From Malacoraja senta (taxonomy: Eukaryota), in contig JAXLNO010005255.1 in the NCBI GenBank assembly GCA_038087875.1, positions 1 through 64,000 on the forward strand: DNA of 64,000 nt. Reading direction: 5' to 3'. The notes below the pieces were generated by a model, which ran no database searches, was not told where the DNA came from, and worked only from the letters and a program-made list of their open reading frames with translations. Position 1 is the stretch's first letter. Every line of letters begins with the position of its first letter. This document shows positions 37,197-50,100 of this stretch, piece by piece. Position numbers and translations under genes: made by a program.

Positions 37197-37425
37197 CTGA
37201 AGAAGGGTCTTGACCCAAAATATAATCTATACCTTTTCTCCAGAGATGCTGCCTGACCCAGTGAGTTACTCCAGCACTCTGTGAAATGTCACCTATCCAT
37301 GTTCTCCGCGGATGCTGCCTGACCCGCTGAGTTACTCCAGCACTCTGTGACATGTCACCTATCCATGTTCTCCACAGATGCTGCCTGACCCGCTGAGTTA
37401 CTCCAGCACTTTGTGTCTATTTTCC
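37197..37425 (+). repeat. Three tandem ~66-bp partial Penelope terminal repeats
   Basis: Repeated ...gatgctgcctgacccgctgagttactccagcactctgtga(a/c)atgtcacctatccatgttctcc... Confidence 0.85.
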
Positions 37426-38349
37426 CTTCACCCATCTGCCCAAGCCCACTCTCCCCCCTCCTTTCCTATGTTCCTTTCCACCCATAAACCTATCTCTACC
37501 TTTACATTTCACTCCTCTTTCAAATCTGCTCTACTTATCTACATGCATTGTTCTTCTTAACTTTTTAGTCATAGAATGATACAGTGTGGAAACAGGCCCT
37601 TCAGCCCAACTTGCCCACACCAACCAACATGTCCCATCTACACTAGTCCCACTCACATGCGTTTGGCCCATATCCATGTAAACCTATCCATGTACGTGTC
37701 CAAATGTCTCTTAAACATTAGGATAGTCCCAGCCTTAACTACCTCCTCTGGCAGCTTGTTCCATACACCCACCACCCTTTGTGTGAAAAAGCTACCTCTC
37801 AGATTCCTGTTAATTTCTGAAATATTGGTCATGAATTTGATGCGAAAATGCTCCAAAATAAGGCTCAGAATGCATCAGAGAGCATCTAAAACCCCTGAGC
37901 TTCCAGGGCCCTTAAGCGGGCCCTGGACCCTGGCATCGAGGGACTTCACGCTTCACGCTCGTGATGTGCACAGCGCGCACATTATTTCACATTACAATCT
38001 TTTTGTGATCCTGTCATGCCACCCCCTTTTTGAAAAGCTTCGTACGGGCCTGAGATAGGAAGGCATGTTGGTGCTTTACAGGTCATCAGCCACTGTGTAG
38101 CACTGGGAGATGGTACTGGTGAGTACAGTTTAGTCCTGGCACAGCGTTGTGTACTGATAGGGACAGATCTATCACTGCATAACAGAGAATGCTGGAGAAA
38201 CTCAAGAGGTCAGGCAGCATCTGTGGAGGGAATGGACAGACAACATTTTTAGTTGGGACTATTCTTCACACTGATTGTAGTATGGGGGGAGAAAGCTGGA
38301 AAAGAAAGCTGCCGTCCAAAAAAGAAAACTTGAATAAGCCCTTGATATA

Positions 38350-38870
38350 AGCCTGGCCGATTGTTTCACTGAACACCTTCACTCATTCCGCCTGGACCTA
38401 CCTGATCTCCCGGTTCCCAAACACTTTACTTCCCCTTCCCATTCCCACACTGACCTTTCAGTCCTGGGCCTCCTCTTTTGTCAGAGTGAGGCCAAACGCA
38501 AATTAGAGGAACAGCATCTCATATTTCACTTGGGCAGCTTACAACCAGTGGTATGAATATTGAGTTCTCTGACTTCATAATCCCTGCATTCCCTCTCTCT
38601 CCATCCCTCCCCCATCCAAGTCGTACCAGCTTCAAAGTCCCTTCTCACCTAACAAACAGCTAACAATGGCCTGTTTTCTTTATCATCATTACTTTTGTGC
38701 ATATCTTTCATTGATTTGATCTATAGCTCTCTACATCATCGTCTATATCTCCCGTTTCCCTTTCCCCAGTCTGAAGAAGGGTCTCAACCCGAAATGTCAC
38801 CTTTTCTCCAGAGATGCTATCTGACCCGGTGAGTTACTCCAGCTTTTTGTGTCTATCTTCAGTGTAAGCT
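38350..38870 (+). mobile_element. Penelope-like element 3' fragment: GIY-YIG C-terminus + 3' UTR + terminal repeat with hammerhead core
   Basis: Reads, with indels, ...EHLHSFRLDLPDLPVPKHFTSPSHSHTDLSVLGLL.CQSEAKRKLEEQHLIFHLGSL. Followed at 38769 by CTGAAGAAGGGTCTCAACCCGAAATGTC. Confidence 0.82.
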
Positions 38871-39031
38871 ATAGCTTGCAAAAGGGTGGTTAATAAATAT
38901 GATGTGAATGCTGCAGTGGGATTAAACAATGTCGACAATTGATGCGTAACTGACAGGAAGCAAAACTTTTTGTAAAATATCTCCTTTGTTCTGGAGGTGC
39001 ATAACAATGTTGTCACTGCCCCTGTAGCATC

Positions 39032-39050
39032 TGGTGCCCTCTTGTGGTCA
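39032..39050 (-). promoter_or_regulatory. CTCF motif
   Basis: TGACCACAAGAGGGCACCA on the minus strand, in unique DNA between the two genes. Confidence 0.5.
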
Positions 39051-39869
39051 AAGTTACAGTAATCTGGCGGTTGCTGTCCACAGATATTTTATTACAAATT
39101 TGGAACAAACAAAACTGATGCTGGGTCTCATCCCGGAATGTCAATAATTTCCTCCCTCCCCACAGATGCTGCTCGACCGCTGAGTTCCCCTAGGCTCCAG
39201 CAGTTTGTTTGTTGCTCCAGATTATGAGAGGCGTAGACAGTCAGAACCATTTCACTAGTTTGGAAATGCTCAACTTTAGAGACCAGAGCTAGAAAGTGAA
39301 AGGGGGAAGGTTTAATGGAGAAGTAGAGGGCATGTTTCTTTATACAGTGGGCGGGCGGGGGGGGGGGGGTGGAACGCACTGTATGGGTGGTGGTAGTGCA
39401 GATATGATAGTAGGATTTAAGAGACTTTCAGATAGGCACATGGAAGTGCGGGGAATAGAGGGATATGGGTCATGTACAGGCAGATAAGATCAGTTTAAGT
39501 TGGCATCATATTGGCACAAACATTGTGGGCCAAAGGGCCATATTGTTCTATTCTAAATTTAATTTCATTTTGTTTAGTTTTAGAGATACAGCGCTGAAAT
39601 AGTTCCTTCATCCTACTGAGTCCGCGCCGACCAGCGATCCCCATAAACCAGCACCATCCGACACAGGTGAGACAATTTACCATTGTTTTTACCGAAGGAC
39701 AATAACTTACAAACCTGTATGTCTTTGGAGTGTGGGAGGAAATCAGAGCTCCCGGAGAAATCCCATGTGATCACGGGGACAACGTACAAACTCCTTACTG
39801 ACAGCACCCGTTGTCAGGGTCGAACCCGGGTCTCTGGCGCTGTAAGGCAGCAGCTCCACCGCTGCGCCA

Positions 39870-41493
39870 TTGTGCCACCCCTAAATATGTTCACTATTCT
39901 ATTGCAGAATCTCCAATCTCTCCCTCAATGTCAGCAAGGTGAATTTGAAGGAGGTAGTTATCGACTGTAAAAATATGATTCAACTGATGGATAACTCCGC
40001 CCAGCAAGTGGACTGGATTGTAATGGAGAAAGAGGATTGCTCCTCTAGAAACATTGGAGCGATCCTCCTTTCTCCAATGAAATTGAATAACATAAATTAT
40101 AATAAGAACCCAATTATTCATAGTACAATCCGAATTTGGAAACAAATAAAACAAAATTTAAAATTAAGAAATTTATCACTTTTATTACCTATAGTTAATA
40201 ACCCTTCGTTTAATCCCTCTATTATAGATAAAGCTTTTACACATTGGGATAGACTAGGAATTAAAACGCTTGGTGACTTGTATGAAACTGGAAAATTACT
40301 TTCATTTCAACAATTACAAATAAAATATAAACTCGGAAATAATCAATATTTTAAATATTTTCAAATATGCGACTATTTGAAAAAATATACAAAAGATCAT
40401 TATAATAACCCAGTAGATGTATTGGACGAGGCAATGCAAATAAAAGCTGAATCAGCAAACTTAATATCATATTTGTATAATATTATCTTAAATGTACAAA
40501 TACCATCTACGGAGGGTATCAGAAGAGACTGGGAACAAGAGTTAGCTATTAAAATTTCAAAGGAAAGTTGGAATGAACACTTATTAAACGTGCATAAATG
40601 CTCGATTAATGTAAGACACACTTTAATACAATTTAAAATTTTACATAGATTATATTATTCGAAAACTAAAATTCATAAAATTTTCCCAAATGTTTCATCT
40701 ATTTGTGATAAATGTCAATCCCAAGAAGCTACTATAGCGCACTCATTCGTTTTCTGTACAAAAATTCAAAAATTTTGGAATTAAATTTTTGAAATCTTTA
40801 CAAAGTTATTTAAAACAAGACTGATACCCAAAGCAGAATGGATTATCTTCGGAATAACGGAAGGTGGTCCAGAACTAAATGTGTTTCAAAAGAAACTAAT
40901 GGACTATGTGTTAATAACTGGAAAAAAGCTAATTCTAAAATTTTGGAAGAAGGCTCCAATACCAACTATAAATATGTGGATTTCAAATATGTTTGAAACA
41001 TTACACCTAGAAGAGATAAGACTCCTCATAGCAGGTAAACCAGATCACTTCCACCTGACGTGGTCTGCATTTATAGAATTATTACAAATATAGGGTGCAA
41101 AAGTACTTAAAAAAAAAAAAAATTGAGGTCAGGTAAGGGGGGATGATAGTTGAAGAGTTGGTATGTCCCATTTACGTAATGCTCATAAAAATATTTGTTT
41201 CTCTCTTTTTCCTCTTTCTCTTTCTCTTTCTTTTCTAGGGTCTATTCCTTAACTCTTTTTCTTTTGTTTTTAATTTTGCTCTTATAGGGTCTTCGTCCTT
41301 TTTTGTTGTCACATTTTCTACACTTTCACTTTTTCCTTCACTTTCTTCTTTCTTTTAATCTTTTCTTTTTCTAGTGTAAAAAATAAATGGAGTACATTAA
41401 TTGTAAGAAGATATAAATGACGAGTACTAATGTATGTGGTTGTAATGTAATGTACTTCTAATAAATTAAAATAAAAAAAATAATAATAAAAAA
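39870..41493 (+). mobile_element. Second 5'-truncated L1/Tx1-clade LINE of a related family, disrupted
   Basis: ORFs 39939-40784 and 40881-41093 are homologous to the 28677 ORF. A-rich tail at about 41460-41493. Confidence 0.88.
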
Positions 41494-43953
41494 TTTTTTT
41501 TTTTTAATTTTAAAAAAGTTATCGACTGCTGGAAGGAAGATGGTGTACTAGCCATAAGCTTCTGGGATGCACCACAGTGACAGAAGCAAATGACCACGGA
41601 TCGAACAGGCGGCCGCCGAGAACATCCCGGCGGGCCAGTGAAATCAAGGACAGACCCGGCAGCCGCCGAGAACAAAGCTAGACTCGGCCGGTCGCCTGTA
41701 GCCATATGTGCCGGCAGGTTTGGTTCACCGGTGTCAAGAGCATCCCGGTGGAAGCTGCTGAGCTTGGCCCAGAAACCCGGAGAGTCGTGGAGGAGGGAGC
41801 CACTGCCGCCGCTGGGCGCAAGGAGTGGGCCGCTAAGAGAGGGACTGAGGTATTACCTCCAGGATAGGGGTTGCCTCCCGGGACACAGAGCCAGTTGGGC
41901 GACGAGAGGGACGTCAGTTGGCTGGCCGAGCTGGTCGAGGGTGACGGAGGAGGCCCCCCTGGCAATAGCCCGGGGTTTAACTGAGCTTACCTGGATCGGG
42001 GGCGCTCCAGTAAATCCAACATACGGACCGGACATTGGACTTTTTCTTTTGTAAATACTGCCAAATTATGGCGACGGGAGCAAGAATTTCACTGTGCAGT
42101 GCATAAGTGACAATAAAGAATCATTGACACATTGAAGTCAGAATCAATAATGCGGAAGTGCGAGTGCTGAAGTGGGAATGGTGAAGAACTTCAAATTCCT
42201 CGGCATGAACAACCTGTTGCATTTTAGTCACTGGCGCAGAACTTTGAAAATAATGGACGTTTAACAATCCATCTGCAGCACTAATTAGAAACAGAGAAAG
42301 CAGGTGCAGGAGTAGGCCATTAGGCCCTTCAAGCCAGCACCGTCATTCAATATGATCATGGCTGAGCATCCAGAATCAATAGCCTGTTCCTGCTTTCTCC
42401 CCATATCCCTTAATTCTGTAGCCCTAAGATCTAACTCTCTCTTGAATACATCGAGTGAATTGGCCTCCACTGCCTTCTGTGGCAGAGAATTCCACAGATT
42501 CACAACTATCTGGGTGAAAGCGTTTTTCTTCATCTCGTTCCTAAATGGCCTACCCTTTACTCGTAAACTGTGACCCCTGGTTCTGGATTCCCCAATATCG
42601 GGAACATTTTTCCTGCATCTAACTGTCTAATCCCTTAAGAATTTTATATGCATCTATAAGATCCCATCTCATCCTAAATTCCAGTGAATATAAGCCCAGT
42701 CAGTCCATTCTTTCCTCATATGTCAGTCCCACAATACCGGGAAAATAAATATTTTACTTTTTTATTGAACAATATCCTTGATTTTATTGCTTTAAAAAAA
42801 ACCATTCTGTTCCAGTCCCACCACAGAGATTTTTTGCTATATAATTCTTTGGCTCCTTTCTGCCTTCAATCAATTGAAAGCCAGAGTGGTAAAGACACTA
42901 TTCATAGCATTGAGTATAAGAGTCAGGAAGTTATATGCTGCTTTATGGAACTTCAAAGATAGACACAAAATGCTGGAGTAACTCAGCGGGACAGGCAGCA
43001 TCTCTGGGTAGAAGGAATGGGTGACGTTTCTGGTTGAGTCCCTTCAGGCTGAAGAGGAAAGGGAGACACGGAGATAAGGAAGTGTAAGGTATGAATGAAT
43101 AACATCAAAGGAGATGTAGTTCAAAGAAAATGTAGAATAGATCATTGTTAGCTAGGAGAAGGTGGAACGAGGCACGCAGAGATAATTTTTTATCGGGGAC
43201 AGTCAGACTGGTCGGAAAATAGAACTTCAGATAGGCTACTTTTAGAATATTATGGGCATTTCTGGTTGCCCCAATGCAGGATGAATTTGGAAGCATGGAA
43301 TTAGTGCAGAGGTGGTTTGACAGAATAAGGACAGGGAAATCATTACACGTGCATTGTCCAATTATTATTACTTAAGCAATAACAGTAAAGTGGAATAAAG
43401 ACAGACACAAAAATGTTAGATAGAGCTTTAGGGGCTGGTGCAATCAGGGGATATGGGGAGAAGGCATGTACGGCTTATTGATTGGGGACGATCAGCCATG
43501 TTCACAATGGATGGCAGTGCTGGCTCAAAGGGCCGAATGGCCTCCTCCTGCACCTATTTTCTATGATTCTAAAAAGCTGGAGTAACTCAGCAGGTCAGAC
43601 AGCACTTCTGGGAAAAAGGAAAAGGTGACGATTTGTGTCGAGACCCTTCCCGAAATGTCACCTACTCCTTTTCCCCAGAGATGCTGCCTGACCCGCTGAG
43701 TTACTCCAGCTTTTTGCATCTGCCTACAGTAAAACAAGCATCTGCAGTTCCTTCCTACACAGTAAAGTAGACTATCTGGTTTATCTAAAACTTTAGTTTG
43801 TGGAATTGACTGCATTCTGAATTGTGAAATAGTTATACTTTGAGAAACATCTATTCGGTTGTAAGATGCTATGTGAAATATGATTTTGTAATTGTTGTCC
43901 TTAAAACACCAATATAATCCCTACCATAAAACCTGATCCTTAAACTATATTCA

Positions 43954-44024
43954 CTGGCAATTAGTGACAAGTGGTCTCATTCCCATTGGATCTGGTTATC
44001 AGGTTTGTGTACACATGGACCAAT
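43954..44024 (+). promoter_or_regulatory. Candidate class I promoter: X1/X2-like + Y box (ATTGG) + CCAAT
   Basis: CTGGCAATTAG-TGACAAG at 43954-43971, TTCCCATTGG with ATTGG at 43985-43989, and CCAAT at 44020-44024, all 100-170 nt upstream of the leader ATG. X2-Y spacing is about 5 nt shorter than recalled for HLA-B. Confidence 0.35.
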
Positions 44025-44127
44025 AATTAGCTTCACACCAGAGTTCTGTTAAAAAAGTACAAGAGAATATGTTACTGTTGCTGCATTTACTCTGCTGGTT
44101 AAATAGTGCTGTAAGCAGCTGTTAAAC

Positions 44128-44179
44128 ATGCTTCTTTTTACCTTACTCAACACTTACGGTGTGGCCACTGTCTCGTCTG
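44128..44179 (+). CDS. MHC class I-like leader exon (MLLFTLLNTYGVATVSS)
   Basis: ATG, then 17 signal-peptide-like codons, then G|gtaagc. The phase-1 donor joins alpha1 as G+AT = Asp. Intron 1 would be 8.5 kb and contain the DIRS element. Confidence 0.75.
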
Positions 44180-47100
44180 GTAAGCAATGCTCTTTCTACT
44201 TGTGAACTTTGGGGAAACAACAAAACTGATTCTATTTACTGTTGCACAGTCCCTGTGTTTGCCCTGGGTTCATTGTCTTGGATGTATTAATTGAATGATT
44301 GAATTGAATGTATTAATAATTTTGGGTAACGGTCATTCCTGAGTTGTGAAGGTTCCTGTGAGGTTATATATACTATGGTTACCTTGGTAATCCATTGAAG
44401 AGAAGAACTGAATACATGTAAATAATGAACATAGAGCATAGTACAATACAGCATAGGAGCAGGACCTTCAGTCCTTCAGTCTGAAGAAGGGTCTCGACCC
44501 AAAACGTCACCCATTCCTTTTCTCCAGAGATGCTGCCTGACCCGCTGTTACCTCAGCATTTTGTGTCTACCTTCGGCCCACAATGTCTGTGCCGAACAAA
44601 ATAGTAAGATTAAACGAGAACTTACCAGTTTGAAGTTTGATCTGTATTTTATGAGGAGTTACGATGAGGGATTACGTGAAGACCCCGTTCAGCACGCATG
44701 CGCGACATTCTTCAAAGCAGCGGTGTGGAATCACAGGAAACACAATAATAGAAATAAACATAGTAAAGAAAAGGAGAACTAAGATACCTGTTGATCTATA
44801 TATTTGAGGGTGGGAGCAGAGGGCACGTAATCCCTCATCGTAACTCCTCATAAAATACAGATCAAACTTCAAACTGGTAAGTTCTCGTTTAATCTTACTA
44901 TTTTACTTCGGAGTCACGTGAGTGACTACGTGAAGACTTCAAAGCTCTGTGATTTCAAACCGTGTAACAGTTCATACTTCACTCGCTGCCGAAGTCATTC
45001 AAGGGAGGAAGTATGTTATCGTAATCAACCATAATCTGTTTGTAAACAATAATGGTATCTATTAAACAATAACAAAAGACAAAATGCTCCCCCGGGCTTA
45101 AATTATATATTTTTGCAGATTTTAAAACTCTTTCTGCAAATAACACAGGTTCTGCTAGCGGCTTGTGGTAGAACGTTTGGAACGTTTTCTCCATGTTCAT
45201 TCTTTTAGCCGCCGATGTGGATGCTGCCCTGGTGGAGTGAGATGTATATACATCAGTATCTACTCCAGCAGCTCCCAGTACCTGCTTGAGCCATCTCGAG
45301 ATGGTTTGGCTCGACACCCAACCATGAGGTTTCTTGTGGCTGACCCATAAGGCTTTTTTTTATTATTTATTTATTTATTTATTTATTATTATTATTATTT
45401 TTTTTCCCCTTCTCCCTCGAGAATCTCTTGTTGTGTTGATGTAAGTGAATAAGTGAGTCATGTCACACAACCGTAGGTCAGGTGGGTATGCCCGGAAATC
45501 CATAACTAGGACTCAAGTACCTGGCTTGCTCTGCTTTAGCAGCTCCTGAATGGTGAATGAGACCCGGTCTGGTGTTATAACCATGTTGTCCAGTCGCAGT
45601 AAGTGGAGGGACTGGACTCTTTGTGCTGAGACTAGTAGCATCAGCATGACCATTTTCAGGGTTAGCTTTTCCAGGGTGAGAGACCTGGCTGGGGACCATC
45701 CCCTTAGGTATGTCAGGATCACACTGACATCCCAGATTTGTGTATACCTAGGTCTAAGAGGGTTGGAGTTGACGATACTCCTCATGAGTTTGATCACCAG
45801 CGGGTGAGACCCTATGGCCTGTTGTCCTGGCACCTGTTTTAAGTAGGCTGACAGCGCACGTCTGGCAGTATTGATGGCGCTGTAGCTCAATCCTTCATTA
45901 TGGTGAAGGCCCCGCAGGAACTCCAGTACATTGGTTATGGTTGCAGATGAGTACGTTGTCCCAGTAGTCGAGCAGTATCTTTCCCACTTCCTGATGCTCG
46001 ATAGGTATTGTTTCCTGGTGGACATACGGTGTCATCATGTTGATGGTCCTGTCAGACAATCCCAGTCCCAGCAGTGGTCTTTTGATAATCTGCAACCCAG
46101 TAGGTTAATTTTGGCATGGCATGGATGCCTTATGCCTGATACAGGGTGCGTCAATAGGTCTGGGCTACTGGGAAAGGTCATAGGAGTTTCGATGACCATG
46201 TCGAGGACCACTGGGAATCATGGCTGTGTAGGCCAGTTTGTACTATCAAAATACCTGAAGCAGAGTCCATCTGTATTTTGCGTAGTACCCTACAGATTAA
46301 GGCAGAAGGGGAAAAAGCATAGAAGAAATCTGTCTCCCAGTTCAGCACGAATGCATCTATCGCTGCTGCCTCAGGGTGTGGTTCCCAAGGGACATACATT
46401 GGTACGTGGTGATTTAGTCTGGATGCAAAGAGATCGATATCTGGTGTGCCATATTGGTTTGTAATTTTAGCAAAGCTCTAGGATTTAACATCCATTCGGT
46501 GTTTATCATTGAATTTGCATGACCTGGCACTGTATTTAGCTTACCTGGTAGGTAAGTTGCTGATAGCCAAATATGTCTATCGACCCACCATTACCAGATT
46601 GTGTTGACCCAATTGTCACATGATATCGATTTTATTCCGGCCATATGGTTAATATAGGCCACCACCGTGATATTATCAATTTGTAAATGAACATGCAAGT
46701 TGTGCATATTCCTAGAATATGCTTTAAAACCATAAAATGCACCCAACATTCCCAAATAATTTATGCCCAGTGTTTGTAGTAAAGACGAGTCTAGGTTAGT
46801 CCATCTACCACCTGTGCTGGATATGGTATTAGTTGCTCCCCAGCCTTGAGCACTGGCATCTGTTTGTATAGTTAACGTTGGGTTATTGATGATGATAGGG
46901 CTGGAACTATGCCAAATGTGTTATATCCACCATTGTAACTCTGATATTGCTTCAATGGGTAGTTTCATGGATCTGTCAAAGTGACCTGCATGTCGTTTCA
47001 ACGCCTGTACTTTTGCCCTTTGTAGGTGCTGATAGTGCAGGAGTCCAAATTGTGTAGCTGAAAATGCTGCTACCATTTTGCCAATTACTCTTGCCACTTG

Positions 47101-50100
47101 TCGGATGGTTGGTCGATTGCTTACCATTAAATTGTTGCACATCTGTGCCAATTCTGCTGCTTTACCTTTTGGCAACGTTACAGACATGTGGATTGAGTTA
47201 ATTGAATCCCAGATAGTCCATAGTTGTGGATGGCGTCAACTTGGATTTATCTGGATGTATGACAAACCCAGGGTTTCAACAATTATTTGGTAGCTAATAC
47301 AGCTGATTTAGCCAACTCCATGGTTTTGCCAACTATTAGGATATCATCAAGATACGCCATGACAATATGTCTTTGTTTCGCTAATGTTGCCAAGGCTGGT
47401 TTTAATATCTTGGTAAATAGTCTAAGGCTGTAAATTTTCAGGTATCTGCGATGACCCTTGTGAATGGGTACTGAATAGTAGGCATCTTTTAATTCAATGC
47501 TTGCCATAAAGTATCCTTTGGAAATCAGTTGTTTAGTAGTTACAAATGTTTCCATTTTGAAATGTACATACTTAACAAAGGTATTTAGTGAGGTTAAGTC
47601 AATGATGATGCGACATCCACCATCTTTTTTACTTTTGGTAAATATATTTGAGACAAATTCCAAAGGATCATGTTTAGATTTCTCAATGACACCCTTTGTA
47701 AGTAACCTCACCAGTTCTGCTTGAGCCTCTAGTTCTCTTTGACTGAGAGGGTAAAGACCCTTTGGGTACGTGCTGAACTGGTGGCATGTTTTCGAAGGAA
47801 CTCTATTTTGTATCCCCGAATACTGTTAAGTATATAACTATCATTCGTGAGACACCTTCTGTTAGTACAGTTCCCCATTTACATGCTGGTAGGAACCAGA
47901 CCCACCTACCTCCATATTTATGGTAGTGTTCCTTTCTTCCGTTTGTTCATCCGTCGTTATACTGCTGGATGTACTGCTGATGTACTGCTGATTGGGGGTG
48001 GCGCATTTTCCATGGGGTCCGCTCTGGGCCCTGGCCTAAAAAGGCTTTCGGGGATAGTATGCGGACCCCGAGCTTTCACCAGTGACATAAATTTGACCTT
48101 GACTGGTGGACGCGGTGGGGTACTGCCGTCTGGTTTTTTGTGTGGGTCTGCTCGTTCCGGGGCCTGCCCTCATGAGGCCAAATGCTTTGGACTCCTCCTC
48201 CAGGTCTTTCACTTGTCCTTCCAATAACAGGATCTGCGGCTCTGAGGCCGGTGTTTTACACAGTCCTGCAAACCTGGGATTGAGGGCAGGTCTTATTCTC
48301 TCCTTGCGGAGGTTATTTATCTCATATTGGGTGTAGCACAGCAGAGCCAGAGTGTCTTGCTGGTTTGTGGTCATATCCACCCCATCCACGGAACGAGCAT
48401 AGGCTGTTATCCCTGTCGTCAGGAGCTTGAGGATTTTAGCTCCTGGTTCCGGATACTCTGTCCCCCCCCCCAGATTTGGCTGTTAACAGCCGGTACATTG
48501 AGCGAACTGCAGTTTTCCAGCTCTAGTGCCTCATTAAGTACCTGTCTTGTAGGGGTTTGAGGGACAGGTGGTTGATGCTGGCCGCCAGTTTTGGCTCCAA
48601 TGGCCGCCCTGCTCGTGGTGAAACCACGTAGCGAATCTCCACACCCAGCAGCTCTTCCTGATCCTGTACCCCAAGCGTACTCCCGACATCTTCAGCCAAT
48701 GACCCCTCTTCCTGACCAGCCCAGCCCTGGTCGCCAACGCTGCCCTGCTTTGAGGGGAAAGCGATGGCCAGTGCATTGTAGAGCACTGCTGTGGGAGTGC
48801 CTGATCCCCCTGGCGAGACTGCTCTAGCTCCTGAAGCAAGTCTCGCTGGAGCAGTTGCTCCATGAGCCTTTCCATTCGGCTCAGGCGGCTAGCTCTGCCG
48901 CTCTAAGGCGGACCCTCCTCATCGGAGTCAGACATAACCGGCCGGTTTGTTTGTTTGTTTTTTTTTTAAAACTTTTCCTCCAGCCCGCTGCCGCTCATCA
49001 GGCTGCGCTAGCGGGACTGGGCTCGGCTCGGTCTCGATGAGGGTGGACCGCCGCATATGCGGTCCAGGTGCCGCCTCTCGCCCCCCACTGATGGAAAACT
49101 CCCGTTCTGTTGGAGTCGGACGGGGGGCGGTTTTCTTCCTTTGCCGTGCTGCTCCTGTTCCCAGTTCCTCTGGAATAGAGAGCAGAGCAGAGCACAGCTT
49201 GCGGATTACGACCTCAGAGTAAGACTTACCTGAAGGTCCGCTGTTTATTTTCACCGACTTGTAGCGGGAGCGCCTGTACTCCCGGTCGTCGCTGTTGCAC
49301 TGCGTGAACGCTAATGTTGCGCATGCGTGCTGAACGGGGTCTTCACGTAGTCACTCACGTGACTCCGAAGTAAAATAAACTAATCTCCTCTACCTGTATG
49401 TGATCTGTATCTGGCCATTCCCTGCCTAACTATGTACCTATCCAAAAGCCTCTGAAATGTAACTGTTATATCTGCCACCATCACCACAACCACCACTGGC
49501 AGCGCGTTACAGATGTCCACCACCCTCCACATAAAACAACTTGCTCCGCTCATCTCCTTTGAACATTGCTTCTCCAACCTTAAAGTGATGTTCTCTGGTC
49601 TTCAACATTTCCACCCTGTGAAAAAGGTTCTGGCTGTCCACTCTGTCTGTGCCTCTCACCATGTTATGCACTTTCATCAGGTCTCCCTTCAACCTCCAGT
49701 ATACAAGAGAAAACAATCCATGTTTGTCCAATCTGTCCTTGCACTAATGCCTCAGACAGAATTCAGGTAAACCGGTGATGTGCACTTTCAATAAAGAAGT
49801 GACTTCTGCATTAGTAGGTGTCCCACCTCTCCAAGATTTCCTCAGCTGGTGTTAGGCACCCACATGATGGTAAAATTCAGCCTGCATTAAATGACCAATC
49901 AATGTTGTGTTAATGTTGTTGCCATCTTGTTGTTTGTTGCATGCTTCCTGTCCTGCAGACCCTATCCATTACCCCACCACCACTTCCCCAGAAGACAATA
50001 ATGAGATTTAAGACGCTTGAGGATAGGCACGTGGATATGCAGGGAATTGAGGGATATGAATCATGTACAAGCATGAAGAGTTTAGTTTAACTTGACATCA

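Noticed and set aside
38063-38105. Small plus-strand AG...GT unit (tttacag|...|gtgagt)
   Set aside because: It has good splice motifs but no partner exons or recognisable product, so it cannot be supported.
46178-46440. DNA methyltransferase-like ORF as a captured bacterial gene
   Set aside because: This domain is a normal part of DIRS1-type elements.
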